From Phoronis australis (lineage: Eukaryota > Animalia > Phoronida): 64,000 nt of DNA. The stretch spans positions 295,132 through 359,131 of the forward strand of contig NMRA01000293.1 of assembly GCA_002633005.1 (NCBI GenBank), given 5' to 3'. Below, piece after piece: positions 57,101 through 64,000 of the stretch. The notes below the pieces were generated by a model. That model made no database searches. It was given only the letters and a program-made list of their open reading frames with translations, and was not told where the DNA came from. Every line of letters begins with the position of its first letter. Position 1 is the stretch's first letter. Both the position numbers and the translations under genes were made by a program.

Positions 57101-60100
57101 ACATTATCATATGCACTATTAAGACAGAGTTGAGAGCTACACCTGGCTTATTTAATACAACATTAAGGTAACGCAGGACTCTAGAAAATGTCCAAATTTG
57201 GTTAACTTTGGAACATCATATCTCAGAAATGGCTGATCGAATTCATACGAAACTTTTCATATACTATGCTCTGTGTACTGTTCTACATAACGCTTATAGG
57301 AATTGTTTTTAAAAGCAATTTAGAAAACTGTAACAGTGTTCTTGAGATTTCATCTTCAACATTAATATAAACAAATTTTGATTGTGGTCTTGATACAATT
57401 GTTTTGCTTTCAAAGTACATTAAATTCTTTTTTACTAAATTTCACTACGACAGGCTTGCGTGACCAAATTAATGACAGATTGGTAAAAGCCAAAAATAAA
57501 ATTCTACAGACTTTCTGCTTTCAGAAAAGATACATTTGTGCTGAAATAAGATTTATAATTTTGTAAATATTTGGCAAAAGACACAATATTTACCATTCAA
57601 TTGATAATTAATAGCAATTTTGATTATTGTATCCTAAACAGAGCTCTAGGCGTTCAGTTCAAAGTCCAAACAGTACTTGTTGAACTTCAAACATATGTAT
57701 TAACACTCAATGTTTTTAAAACCCATTTGACCTCTTGACCTAGTTTGCTGCAAGTTAAAAGTCCAACTGATTCATATCCAGGTTAGTTGCAGGTCAGATG
57801 GAGGGCATAACGCTGTTGATCAACAAAACTGAGTTTGATGTATGAGCAAATTTAACACATCTTGATTTTTCAAGTTACCAATAATCACACAATGATTTTT
57901 TAAAGACTGAGGCACCAAAAATTAACGTATATAGAAAAAATGGCATGCACGACTATTTCAATTCTTACAAGAATGAAGCTGAAAAGCACAATGCATATCC
58001 AGAAGGGATATGGAAATTCACACACTGGACATTAAGGAAAACAGCTGTGCTGCTTATCACAGGGTACACAAGGTCATCATCCAGGCACTAACAACACAAA
58101 CCTGGAATGCCTGGCAGTCTATCAATGGTGTGTAAGCAATCACAGAAACAAACAGCTGTGGACTCAACAGGTTCTCACTGCCAGGGATGTAGAACTGTAA
58201 CAGACAAAGATAAAACAAACTGAACATCAAATAATTAAATAATTGACAACCTTCACATATTTTTTTTCCAAAAATCTATTTTTCGCTGCTATTCATAACA
58301 ATTACTTAAAAAACGTAATTCAAACACTAAGTAAACAAGTTGATAGGGATGATTTCCATCACTTTCAATTACGGGCAATAGTCACTTACAGAGATCCCGG
58401 ATTTTTAGAACCAGTTTCGTGCCTGTTATTCAGTGGGGAAAACTGGTTCTTAAAATCTGGAATCCCTGTTAGTGCTTATTACTCCATTAGGTATCAAACC
58501 TTAATCTGCCATTTTCAGGACTTTTGATTTTTGACACTATTAGCCGTTCTGAACATTGATTTCTCTTTCATGCTGGGGTCTATTTCCAGTGTCTCAGATA
58601 TTTTATTTTCCTTCGAAAAACAAAAATATCAATCATCAAAGATGAAGACTTTTGAAGTTTTTTGAAAGAAAGACTTTGCCGCCTGATATCTGTTTTTTAA
58701 AGTACATAAAACAACTTGAGACAAGATTCCCTGCATATTGACAGTTAACAAAATACAGTTCAAACAAGAAGTTGCTTACAGTTAAGATTTTTTATAAAAT
58801 CATGTTCAAAGCAAAAAATAGTATTTCTCATAAAAAGTGGTAGACACAAGATTATAATCGATAGTGTGACATTTTCAAACACAAATTAAGATTTTCAATC
58901 CTCAAAAGATTTACAAGAAATAATACAAACTTTTTGAAATGGACAGTTAAAACTTATTTGGTGATATGTGACAGGACTTCACAAATGCTGACAATTACAA
59001 TAAGATGAATAAAGTAACAAAAACAAAAATTGAGAAAATTTTACAATCAGCCGTTATCTGTGCTGCAGTCGTTTAGCATCTGGAAACTTTTGATAATTTG
59101 TAGCAAGCCACCAAAAACTGTCAAACGTCCATAAAATAACTGATTCACTACAATAGGCAGCCTTTTATTTGATAAAGCTGAATGTAAGCTTTTGGGTTGG
59201 TGAGTTATAAAAAAACTCTTTGTCAAATAGCAACTTCCAGTTACGTCAAAACTTGAAATTTATTAAATCATGCAAATATGCCACACCATTTTATTTTCTT
59301 TTTTTAAACTGCTCTCCACACTTTAGGCAGAAAAATCCACCCATTTAAGATGAACTTAAGTTAAGCGAATGTTAGAAAGTAGTTAATTTTGTATGCATTC
59401 TCACGAAAACATGGTCAGTTTAGGCCAACTTTGGCAAACAACTTGATGATGTAAGCAATGTCAAAACTGAACACAGCCTGAACTAAAACAAGACGAGCAC
59501 TTTTTCCAAAAGTACTTACAGACTTGGATAGACCAGTAATGCAGTTCTTCAAGGCCAGAAAGACATCGTCAACAATTACTTTGCTTTTGTTGATATCCTT
59601 CAAAATATTAAATACAGGACATTGTGGTGTCAGACATAGAACACAAAGTTTTTTAAGTAATGTAACTATTTACAACCAGATAAATTCATTATGCAGACTA
59701 TTATCGAGAAGCTTGTGTTTTTAGGCAAATATCTAGAAAGCTATATATATAGTATGTGGGACCTTATTGACAAGTCTATGTATTTTGAAAATATCTCCAA
59801 AACAGTAGATTTTAACCCTGTTTAAGGATATATTTTCTGAAAGCACAAAGCCTCTGGACAACTTTTATTTATTGTAAATGTTCAAAATTCAATCTCAACA
59901 ACCAGACTGTTTTCTAAATGATCACTTCATTTTTGTTTTATTCAACTTTTGAATTTTTCAACAAAAAAGAAAAAGTCTTATTTTTTGATGGCCTCTCGTG
60001 CAAAAGGAAAATTTCTAAAGACAATTCCTAACAATCATGCGTAGCAAAACAAAACCAAAATAATGATTTAAAATATGTATATCAAACGAAATTTGTCATT

Positions 60101-63100
60101 GATACCGTTGTTTTGTTATGAAAGTACCTTTCTTTTTAGCTAAATTTAATTAAAAAGACAAGGTCACAAGACCCAATTGATGAGAAATCACTATAAAGTC
60201 AAAAATTAAATTCTACAGGCTTTCAACTTTCAGAAAACATACTATGACCAAGTAACATTTTCTTAGTTTTAAAAACATACTACAATAAATTTCTATAAGA
60301 CCTTGAGATCTAAAGATCCCAGAAGTTTTTTTTCAATTCAACACTTCTAAGTTTGCTTCAGTGTCTTTGGTTTCACCTTTGATCAAATGGTAAAAAACCT
60401 ATCCCACAATGCATTGCCCATGGCCACATTTGAACAAACCAAACATACTCACAACAGCAACAGCAGACGGACTGAGATCCAGAGTGAATACAAGGCGGTA
60501 ATTTCTTGCTATGAATGAAACGATTGTGCTGGGAGACATGCGGCAGTCGTAGACATGGTCGGGTGACAGACAGGTATGGCAGTTCTCAGGAACGACCGAG
60601 ATCACGTCCAGTCCACCAGTTTTTGTGCTCTGGAATATTCAAACAAAGCACTGAAACTGCATGAAAACATAACAGAGATGGCTTATCATTAAAAAATTTA
60701 AAAATCAAGACTTGTTACTGAACATAGCGTGAGTCAGTCACTGTGTTTGTTCAGTGAACGTGAATGCAGAAACGAGACTTGGAAAACTTACTGTTGGACC
60801 AACTGCATCACTTCAAGGGAATGATAAAACGAAAAATATGTCCCAAAGTGCTTTTAGGAAAACCTAACAACAAATACATCGGACTGCCCTTTACCTCGAA
60901 AGTAACAGTACATGTGCGACTCACCAGATCAGATACAGGAGTATACTTGATGGTCTTGTCTAAGTACTGGAAGTACCATTTTGCCCGTGAGTTACGGGAC
61001 ATACGGTACTCCTTCTTCATCAACAGGTAGACATGGCTAACATCAAGCACCTGAAAATAACCATGAAACTTTAATATTCATTGAATATGTCATACTGTTC
61101 GCTTTTAGAAAAAGACATCAACTTACCCCTACATTCTAGTAGGTCACTTATCTAGACCAGACAAAAACTTTAAAATTTTTTTTTGAGATTCACATATCAA
61201 CCACCATCTCTATAATTTTTAAAATTTATAAATTTCTGCGAAGTGACCAGAAGTGGGACACTGACTGTTCTAGTACTTTTTCCCCTCGAAACTTTGTGAT
61301 ATTCATTCCCCAATTCGAAGGATTTTCCCCGAGGTCAAGAGACATGCCCGTTCGCTGGTGGCTTTCAGAGGTTCACGTGATTCACAGGAAGCACGTCTAC
61401 AACATTCCCCACTTTCCTATGGAGCATGTCTGCCACCAGGAAGGTGTACACCAGATTGTTTCGCAAACAGGTCATTGACTTCCCTCTGAATCTTTAGCAC
61501 CAGGTGAACATGAAGTTGTCTCTCATACAGGTTCTAATGACTCCTGAAGCTTTTATGCTCACAATACCATGCACGTCGTCCAAAGTCCACAGGTCTTATT
61601 TGGCACTGCTAGCTTTCCTACAGGCTAATAGACAATTGTCCATTACCAAGTGGATAACAGATGCTCACAGCTCATATGATTCACCGAAAGCACCTCAACA
61701 ACAGTTTTAAGAAAATCTGCTTAGTCGTTGTACTGTAGTACCATCACCAAAAGTTGACCTCATTTCTCAAGTCGTTCGATAAACTGGTGCTCAAATTATG
61801 GCGAGTCTGATTCTGAAGAGTTGATGATAACTGTTAAGGGCAGAATTATCAGACCACAAACTTTACAGTATCTATCTTACACATAACAGATATGATGTCA
61901 TATCCCCTGACGCGTGCAGTGTAAAAATGGTCAGTTGCAAATGAATGAAGGACAGCTCGAAAAAAGTTCAGATTATGGGGAGTATTTGTTCGAGTTGGAA
62001 GGAGTAAAGGACATCAACGGCCTAAGGAGTCCCTCTATGTACTTATAGCAACGTGATTTTGATGGTTTAATCAGTGTAAGGCAAAATTCGCTGAAAAGTT
62101 TCCGGCGTATGAAGGTACTATGGGAGCATTGCCATCACCGACTCTACTGCTATGTAGAGATGGTGGCACTATCTATCTTACATCTAAGCAACACGTAGCC
62201 CCTCCGTTGGCCCGTTAGAGGCTACAATACTTCCCATCGCTTTCAGTGCGAATTTCGTCTCGTGTATTTTAAACGGGAGGTAGGCCAAATCCGGTCACCG
62301 ATTAACAGTTAATTCACCTAGTCAAAAATACATTCCACACTAAAAACTATCACTTAAAAAAGCGCTTACTTTCTTCAGTAGTCCTCTACACAAATCTTCG
62401 ATGAAGCTTAGTTATGAGAATTAAGGTGACTTTGGCGAAGAATCCCAACTCAACTTTTTCACCACGCACGCAATAACCACAAAGTATTTCAACTGAGTCA
62501 CGTGAGTTAGGCAAAGGCTAGCGCGAGACTGGACGAAGCGCGATGCTGGCGCGCGTCACTTGCAAAATAGCATGGGAAGGTATCAGATGAAATTTGTAAG
62601 ATTTTTGTCCCTTGACTTTTTATTCGTCAACGTGTGTGATTTCACCTATCTTCCTCAAAATGGCACCCGGTAAGAGAAACTCAAGCAAACCGCGATTTGT
62701 TCAAATTATCTTGGCTGATCGTCTCCAGACTTATGGTTTGTGTTAATTATAACTCCATGTGCATATATGCATGTCTCATTTGATTTTATTTCCTGTATTT
62801 TGAAATTCGTTACTTTTTGTGGGGATGTACTATCGCCCCTGCATGCCTGCGGCATCCAGGGCGATGTAATTGCCTATCTTGCATCATGCAAAACAATTTT
62901 ATTTAGCCGCTAGTGGCAGTATTTTATTTGAAAGTATATTCCAAAAACGTTCCATCAAATGGACCCTTGATAACACATAGACATCACTAATAAAAGCGAC
63001 GCAGCTTAGACTCTGAGACAGTCTTGAGAACGATCAGCTGATTCGGCATGCAGGTCAACATGATTGAGTCACGCTCGTTTTGCAGAACGCTGCCGCTGGC

Positions 63101-63167
63101 AACATTTGGGGTTGGACACGTGCAACCTCACCTCATTTACTTGATCCATTTCTTCTTCTTCAGTCAT
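1..63167 (-). CDS. SZT2: KICSTOR complex protein SZT2, spliced, 36 coding exons in window, 3' end lies beyond left edge
   Basis: Spliced translation is colinear with recalled vertebrate SZT2: [131 protein letters not shown]. All introns GT-AG with matching phases. Confidence 0.96.
1018..1115 (+). mobile_element. Degenerate tRNA-derived SINE head
   Basis: A-box-like TGACCTAGTGG and B-box-like GGTTCTAGTCC; no complete cloverleaf. Confidence 0.45.
1148..2652 (+). mobile_element. Helentron-associated non-autonomous element (HINE/DINE-like) with internal ~150-bp repeats
   Basis: AACAAGAG start; internal subunits (gccactagg...ccaaatttcatgaaaatcc) in an ABC trimer of ~450 bp; (GGAC)n microsatellite; 3' hairpin tgcgtccacata-taaa-tatgtgggtgca; ends in an A-run; no TSD. 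Confidence 0.75.
2816..2912 (-). CDS. SZT2: SZT2 exon 35
   Basis: tag|[32 protein letters not shown]|gtgagt. Confidence 0.9.
3724..3886 (-). CDS. SZT2: SZT2 exon 34
   Basis: tag|SGYEGDSSG...[23 protein letters not shown]|gtattg. Confidence 0.93.
4164..4326. repeat. Tandem repeat, 81 bp x2
   Basis: cagtccaaa...aaccatttt repeated at 4164 and 4245. Confidence 0.92.
4407..4760 (-). CDS. SZT2: SZT2 exon 33 (Ser/Arg-rich)
   Basis: ctgcag|VHDLSS...LKSILRH...[10 protein letters not shown]|gtaaga. Confidence 0.85.
5493..5742 (-). CDS. SZT2: SZT2 exon 32 (low-complexity)
   Basis: ttttttgcag|ILDESES...VAQE|gtaagg; phase-consistent open frame. Confidence 0.82.
6517..6897 (-). CDS. SZT2: SZT2 exon 31
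   Basis: aag|[24 protein letters not shown]...SSIQ|gtgaga. Confidence 0.88.
7320..7487. repeat. Minisatellite, 42 bp x4
   Basis: gagaccatgctct...acaataggccaagccaa. Confidence 0.92.
7686..7944 (-). CDS. SZT2: SZT2 exon 30
   Basis: tag|FLAGDPL...[10 protein letters not shown]...[18 protein letters not shown]|gtaatt. Confidence 0.93.
8363..8588 (-). CDS. SZT2: SZT2 exon 29
   Basis: cag|ELASII...[16 protein letters not shown]...TSDGG|gttagt. Confidence 0.9.
9516..9775. repeat. Minisatellite, ~41-47 bp x6
   Basis: ttagtgtaatacttgtacagggtacaatgaacaacaac(agtc)acgt. Confidence 0.92.
9807..9990 (-). CDS. SZT2: SZT2 exon 28
   Basis: cag|DSVHSN...[12 protein letters not shown]...VQSLPTCIG|gtaact. 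Confidence 0.92.
10566..10679 (-). CDS. SZT2: SZT2 exon 27 (acidic linker)
   Basis: ttgcag|[11 protein letters not shown]...SSHDK|gtaaat; phase 0/0, open frame, little conservation visible. Confidence 0.78.
11022..11226 (-). CDS. SZT2: SZT2 exon 26
   Basis: cag|EEEEAKK...[26 protein letters not shown]|gttagt. Confidence 0.9.
11258..11648. repeat. Minisatellite, 32 bp x12
   Basis: cagatttgaactcaagtgatagctataacaat, head-to-tail with no spacers. Confidence 0.95.
11858..12110 (-). CDS. SZT2: SZT2 exon 25
   Basis: cag|VYKSLQLG...[23 protein letters not shown]...LMK|gtgagg. Confidence 0.9.
12359..12863 (-). CDS. SZT2: SZT2 exon 24
   Basis: tag|KASESG...[10 protein letters not shown]...[16 protein letters not shown]|gtacat. 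Confidence 0.9.
13408..13955. repeat. Minisatellite, 70 bp x~8
   Basis: gactcacatccactaacatagctcatgtaccataaacatggatttggaactggtaaaatcatggcttact, period 70. Confidence 0.95.
14163..14680 (-). CDS. SZT2: SZT2 exon 23
   Basis: tag|EQEGPSD...NRELTLS...LPRWKCFVK...IMPASYDDL...SSQ|gtcagc; donor position slightly uncertain. Confidence 0.85.
15047..15204 (-). CDS. SZT2: SZT2 exon 22
   Basis: cag|NTPTLYE...[29 protein letters not shown]|gtatct. Confidence 0.9.
15571..15710 (-). CDS. SZT2: SZT2 exon 21
   Basis: ttgcag|[24 protein letters not shown]...VTP|gtaggt; continues exon 20 directly (recalled human IPQALHPRDAACIG). Confidence 0.92.
17344..18816. mobile_element. Non-autonomous Tc1/mariner(pogo)-type DNA transposon
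   Basis: TA|CCGTATTCGCTCTAATAACCACCC ... GGGCAGTTATTAGGGCGAATACGG|TA: 24-bp TIR (21/24 identical), TA TSD, no transposase ORF. Confidence 0.8.
18868..20193 (-). mobile_element. Kolobok-like fold-back element with ~313-bp inverted arms
   Basis: ctaa|AGGCGAAGGCAACC ... GGTTGCCTTTGCCT|ttaa (TTAA-type TSD, RR/YY termini); arms 18868-19180 and 19880-20193; THAP remnant inside. Confidence 0.82.
19644..19927 (-). pseudogene. Frameshifted THAP (C2CH) zinc-finger domain of transposon origin
   Basis: [10 protein letters not shown]...LRRFPKD...W, then shifted frame [13 protein letters not shown], then shifted frame [10 protein letters not shown] (AVPTIF-like box). Confidence 0.85.
21400..21706 (+). 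mobile_element. Short degenerate HINE-like 3' fragment
   Basis: aaattgccacag, gccaaatttcatgaaa, ggagatacagc, ggacg tract, tgcacccacac...cataaaa end. Confidence 0.5.
22394..22655. repeat. Minisatellite, 43 bp x6
   Basis: ttttgttactgcctcaaaccagtggacttgccatggaagatca. Confidence 0.93.
23996..25954. other. 979-bp near-identical tandem duplication separated by a single N (probable assembly join)
   Basis: 23996-24974 vs 24976-25954, N at 24975, only scattered substitutions. Confidence 0.85.
24039..26625 (+). mobile_element. Second HINE-like copy (length inflated by an assembly duplication)
   Basis: Same 5' end (aacaagag...ttgaaatgc), core units and 3' end (gacggcaaaatgcac...atgtgggcgcataaaa) as 1148-2652. 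Confidence 0.75.
35402..35780. mobile_element. Degenerate MITE
   Basis: Imperfect terminal inverted repeats rich in cactag/ctagtg (ttcgcatgagtggcaaaaccactagc vs ctagtgccttagccagtttgtgaa). Confidence 0.45.
40355..43000. mobile_element. hAT-like non-autonomous element (old)
   Basis: Termini CAACACTCGAC / GTCGAGTGCTA, sub-terminal aggtcgcattt-type repeats at both ends; putative TSD degenerate (ttctaaca / ttacaact). Confidence 0.55.
42326..42837. mobile_element. Nested hAT-like MITE
   Basis: Perfect 13-bp TIR CAGGGCTTGGAAT / ATTCCAAGCCCTG, flanking direct repeat CATAAC, sub-terminal CGCGGAA repeats. Confidence 0.82.
43030..43189 (-). CDS. SZT2: SZT2 exon 20 (precedes the 27.3 kb intron)
   Basis: tag|[30 protein letters not shown]...LDYTQLARA|gtgagt. 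Confidence 0.94.
43791..43897 (-). CDS. SZT2: SZT2 exon 19
   Basis: ttttttacag|[10 protein letters not shown]...[18 protein letters not shown]|gttagt. Confidence 0.9.
43826..44045. repeat. 80-81 bp tandem repeat (~2.7 units) overlapping the exon 19 acceptor
   Basis: aatat...caacag.ctggtag.gct.atagttag...cagacttgggacagtca repeated three times. Confidence 0.88.
45047..45125 (-). CDS. SZT2: SZT2 exon 18
   Basis: cag|[26 protein letters not shown]|gtaagt. Confidence 0.93.
45402..45617 (-). CDS. SZT2: SZT2 exon 17
   Basis: cag|YERLP...[14 protein letters not shown]...ILSTIAK|gtgagt. Confidence 0.94.
46483..46827. repeat. Near-perfect inverted repeat, 160-bp arms, 25-nt loop
   Basis: 46483-46642 is the reverse complement of 46668-46827, with 2 mismatches seen. 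Confidence 0.95.
46668..47292 (+). mobile_element. 5'-truncated HINE-like copy
   Basis: Core subunits (aattgccactagg, ggagatacagc) plus a degenerate 3' hairpin end. Confidence 0.6.
47393..47583 (-). CDS. SZT2: SZT2 exon 16
   Basis: cag|[18 protein letters not shown]...[15 protein letters not shown]|gtagat. Confidence 0.92.
48879..48993 (-). CDS. SZT2: SZT2 exon 15
   Basis: cag|[32 protein letters not shown]...NK|gtattg. Confidence 0.94.
49834..50037 (-). CDS. SZT2: SZT2 exon 14
   Basis: tag|[26 protein letters not shown]...SYIKLFF|gtagag. Confidence 0.95.
50938..51003 (-). CDS. SZT2: SZT2 exon 13
   Basis: tag|[22 protein letters not shown]|gtgggt. Confidence 0.92.
51382..51537 (-). CDS. 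SZT2: SZT2 exon 12
   Basis: cag|[18 protein letters not shown]...[20 protein letters not shown]|gtaaac. Confidence 0.95.
52261..52395 (-). CDS. SZT2: SZT2 exon 11
   Basis: ttccag|[21 protein letters not shown]...KRFWMALQG|gtgagt. Confidence 0.9.
52890..52986 (-). CDS. SZT2: SZT2 exon 10
   Basis: cag|[29 protein letters not shown]|gtaagt. Confidence 0.93.
53253..53407 (-). CDS. SZT2: SZT2 exon 9
   Basis: cag|QISTLL...LRKKH...[21 protein letters not shown]|gtaaac. Confidence 0.93.
53823..53962 (-). CDS. SZT2: SZT2 exon 8
   Basis: cag|[21 protein letters not shown]...FSWISK|gtaggt (phase 2). Confidence 0.88.
54752..54972 (-). CDS. SZT2: SZT2 exon 7
   Basis: cag|GIVIISDG...[27 protein letters not shown]|gtaagt. 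Confidence 0.95.
55057..56500 (+). mobile_element. Older, diverged HINE-like copy
   Basis: Repeated aaattgccactagg / aaatttcat...aggaactt subunits; ends approximate. Confidence 0.65.
56721..56997 (-). CDS. SZT2: SZT2 exon 6
   Basis: tag|VLSQGCLV...[14 protein letters not shown]|gtgaat. Confidence 0.93.
58102..58194 (-). CDS. SZT2: SZT2 exon 5
   Basis: cag|[31 protein letters not shown]|gtttgt. Confidence 0.92.
59520..59597 (-). CDS. SZT2: SZT2 exon 4
   Basis: aag|[26 protein letters not shown]|gtaagt. Confidence 0.9.
60453..60629 (-). CDS. SZT2: SZT2 exon 3
   Basis: cag|[14 protein letters not shown]...[16 protein letters not shown]|gtgagt. Confidence 0.93.
60925..61050 (-). CDS. SZT2: SZT2 exon 2
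   Basis: ttttcag|[27 protein letters not shown]...SDL|gtgagt; 126 nt. Confidence 0.95.
63132..63167 (-). CDS. SZT2: SZT2 exon 1 ([12 protein letters not shown])
   Basis: aaaATG, acidic 12-codon start, GAG|gtgagg phase-0 donor matching the phase-0 exon 2 acceptor. An alternative in-frame donor CAA|gtaaat would end the exon at 63141. Confidence 0.75.
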
Positions 63168-63279
63168 TTTCCGCTACAGTATGTGCATGCTCAACAGGAA
63201 TATAAATATGATGCAGAAAATTTCCCAAACTTGGAAACTTGACAACTAAACCACCAGCACCACCGACCACCGTCCAAAA

Positions 63280-63345
63280 CTAGGCCATGTTTTTCAATAC
63301 AGCGCATGCGCGTAATGTACATCGCGCTTCCGGTCCTGTTTTATG
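63280..63345. promoter_or_regulatory. Compact bidirectional housekeeping-type promoter
   Basis: NRF1 palindrome GCGCATGCGC at 63302-63311, ETS core CTTCCGG at 63327-63333, YY1-like AACATGGC on the minus strand; locally CpG-rich; lies between two divergent ATG+donor mini-exons. Confidence 0.7.
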
Positions 63346-63356
63346 GTGTCCACAGA

Positions 63357-63362
63357 ATGCAG
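63357..63362 (+). CDS. Candidate first coding exon (MQ) of a divergent gene, possibly MED8
   Basis: agaATGCAG|gtttgt, 189 nt from the SZT2 ATG. MED8 begins MQ and is head-to-head with SZT2 in mammals. Only two codons are visible. Confidence 0.45.
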
Positions 63363-63565
63363 GTTTGTTTTTATACTCGTTTAGTGTATTTTTGGGGGAT
63401 TGATTCAATTTGTTTTCATCACTTCTCATGGCTGTGTGACTGAGGAGAGGTCAGGGTGAGAAACCTGAGGCAAGTGAAACATTAGCCTGCCGAAGATAAT
63501 CAGCAGGACTCGGAAGTCGAGCTGATGCGTCCTGAATTGTTCAATTGAGGCTGAAAGAAGACCAG

Positions 63566-64000
63566 GGGCCCGTTCCAAGAAAACTGTCTTAGCTAAGACA
63601 AATCTTAAACTTAAGTCAATTTTAAGACAAATCTTAAGTTTGTCTTAAGTCCGTTCCAAGAAAATGATCTTAAGTTCGCCTTAAGTTTTTGACTTAAGTT
63701 TTGTCTTAAGTTTGACGTAGCTTACCGGATGTGGAAGTTTCAAAGCTTGGAGGTGGAGAAAGAAGCACTTTTGCAGCAGACGACATGGACAAAAGGAAGC
63801 CGAACTTTTCGGTAGCGGAGCTATCTCGCTTGGTTGCTGGTGTGGCCGAGCACAATGACGTTTTATCTTCCAAATTTTCATCCTCTGTCACACAAAGCTC
63901 CAAGCGAGATGCTTGGCTTCACATAGCGTCAAGGTTAGTGTATTAAACTCACTCATCAAGACCACGGCCACGGGCCTTCTTGCCTTTGGCCTTGTCACCA
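63566..64000 (+). mobile_element. PIF/Harbinger DNA transposon, left end
   Basis: CAG followed by GGGCCCGTTCCAAGAAAA terminus, sub-terminal CTTAAG palindromic repeats (63585-63712), then a Myb/SANT-like ORF; right end outside the window. Confidence 0.75.
63785..63933 (+). CDS. Myb/SANT-like DNA-binding protein (Harbinger accessory ORF), first exon
   Basis: MDKRKPNFSVAELSRLV...VLSSKFSSSVTQSSKRDAWLHIASR|gttagt matches the RKPNFSxxE...KxxAWxxIA pattern of Myb_DNA-bind_5/MSANTD. Confidence 0.82.

Overview
Eukaryotic, AT-rich, repeat-rich animal DNA; the repeat types suggest a marine invertebrate bilaterian, but that is inference. Almost the whole window is the 5' part of one minus-strand gene, SZT2 (KICSTOR complex subunit). 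I reconstructed 36 GT-AG coding exons by hand, with consistent splice phases (about 6.8 kb, about 2,260 codons), from the ATG at 63167 to the left edge, where the gene continues. One intron (15711-43029, 27.3 kb) is about 10x larger than any other. It holds DNA transposon derivatives (Tc1/mariner-like, a Kolobok-like fold-back with a dead THAP domain, nested hAT-like elements), Helentron-associated (HINE-like) repeats and about 12 kb of apparently unique sequence with motif clusters. Upstream of SZT2 is a compact NRF1/ETS bidirectional promoter. A divergent ATGCAG|GT mini-exon follows it and may be MED8 exon 1, and after that comes a Harbinger transposon with a Myb/SANT ORF. Most notable observations: (1) HINE-like elements carrying same-orientation arrays of CTCF-consensus motifs about every 150 bp; (2) possible SZT2-MED8 head-to-head linkage in an invertebrate; (3) a two-uORF GCN4/ATF4-like leader on SZT2; (4) the giant intron; (5) two long fold-back structures in the pre-mRNA. 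Homology calls rest on recalled protein motifs; no database search was run.
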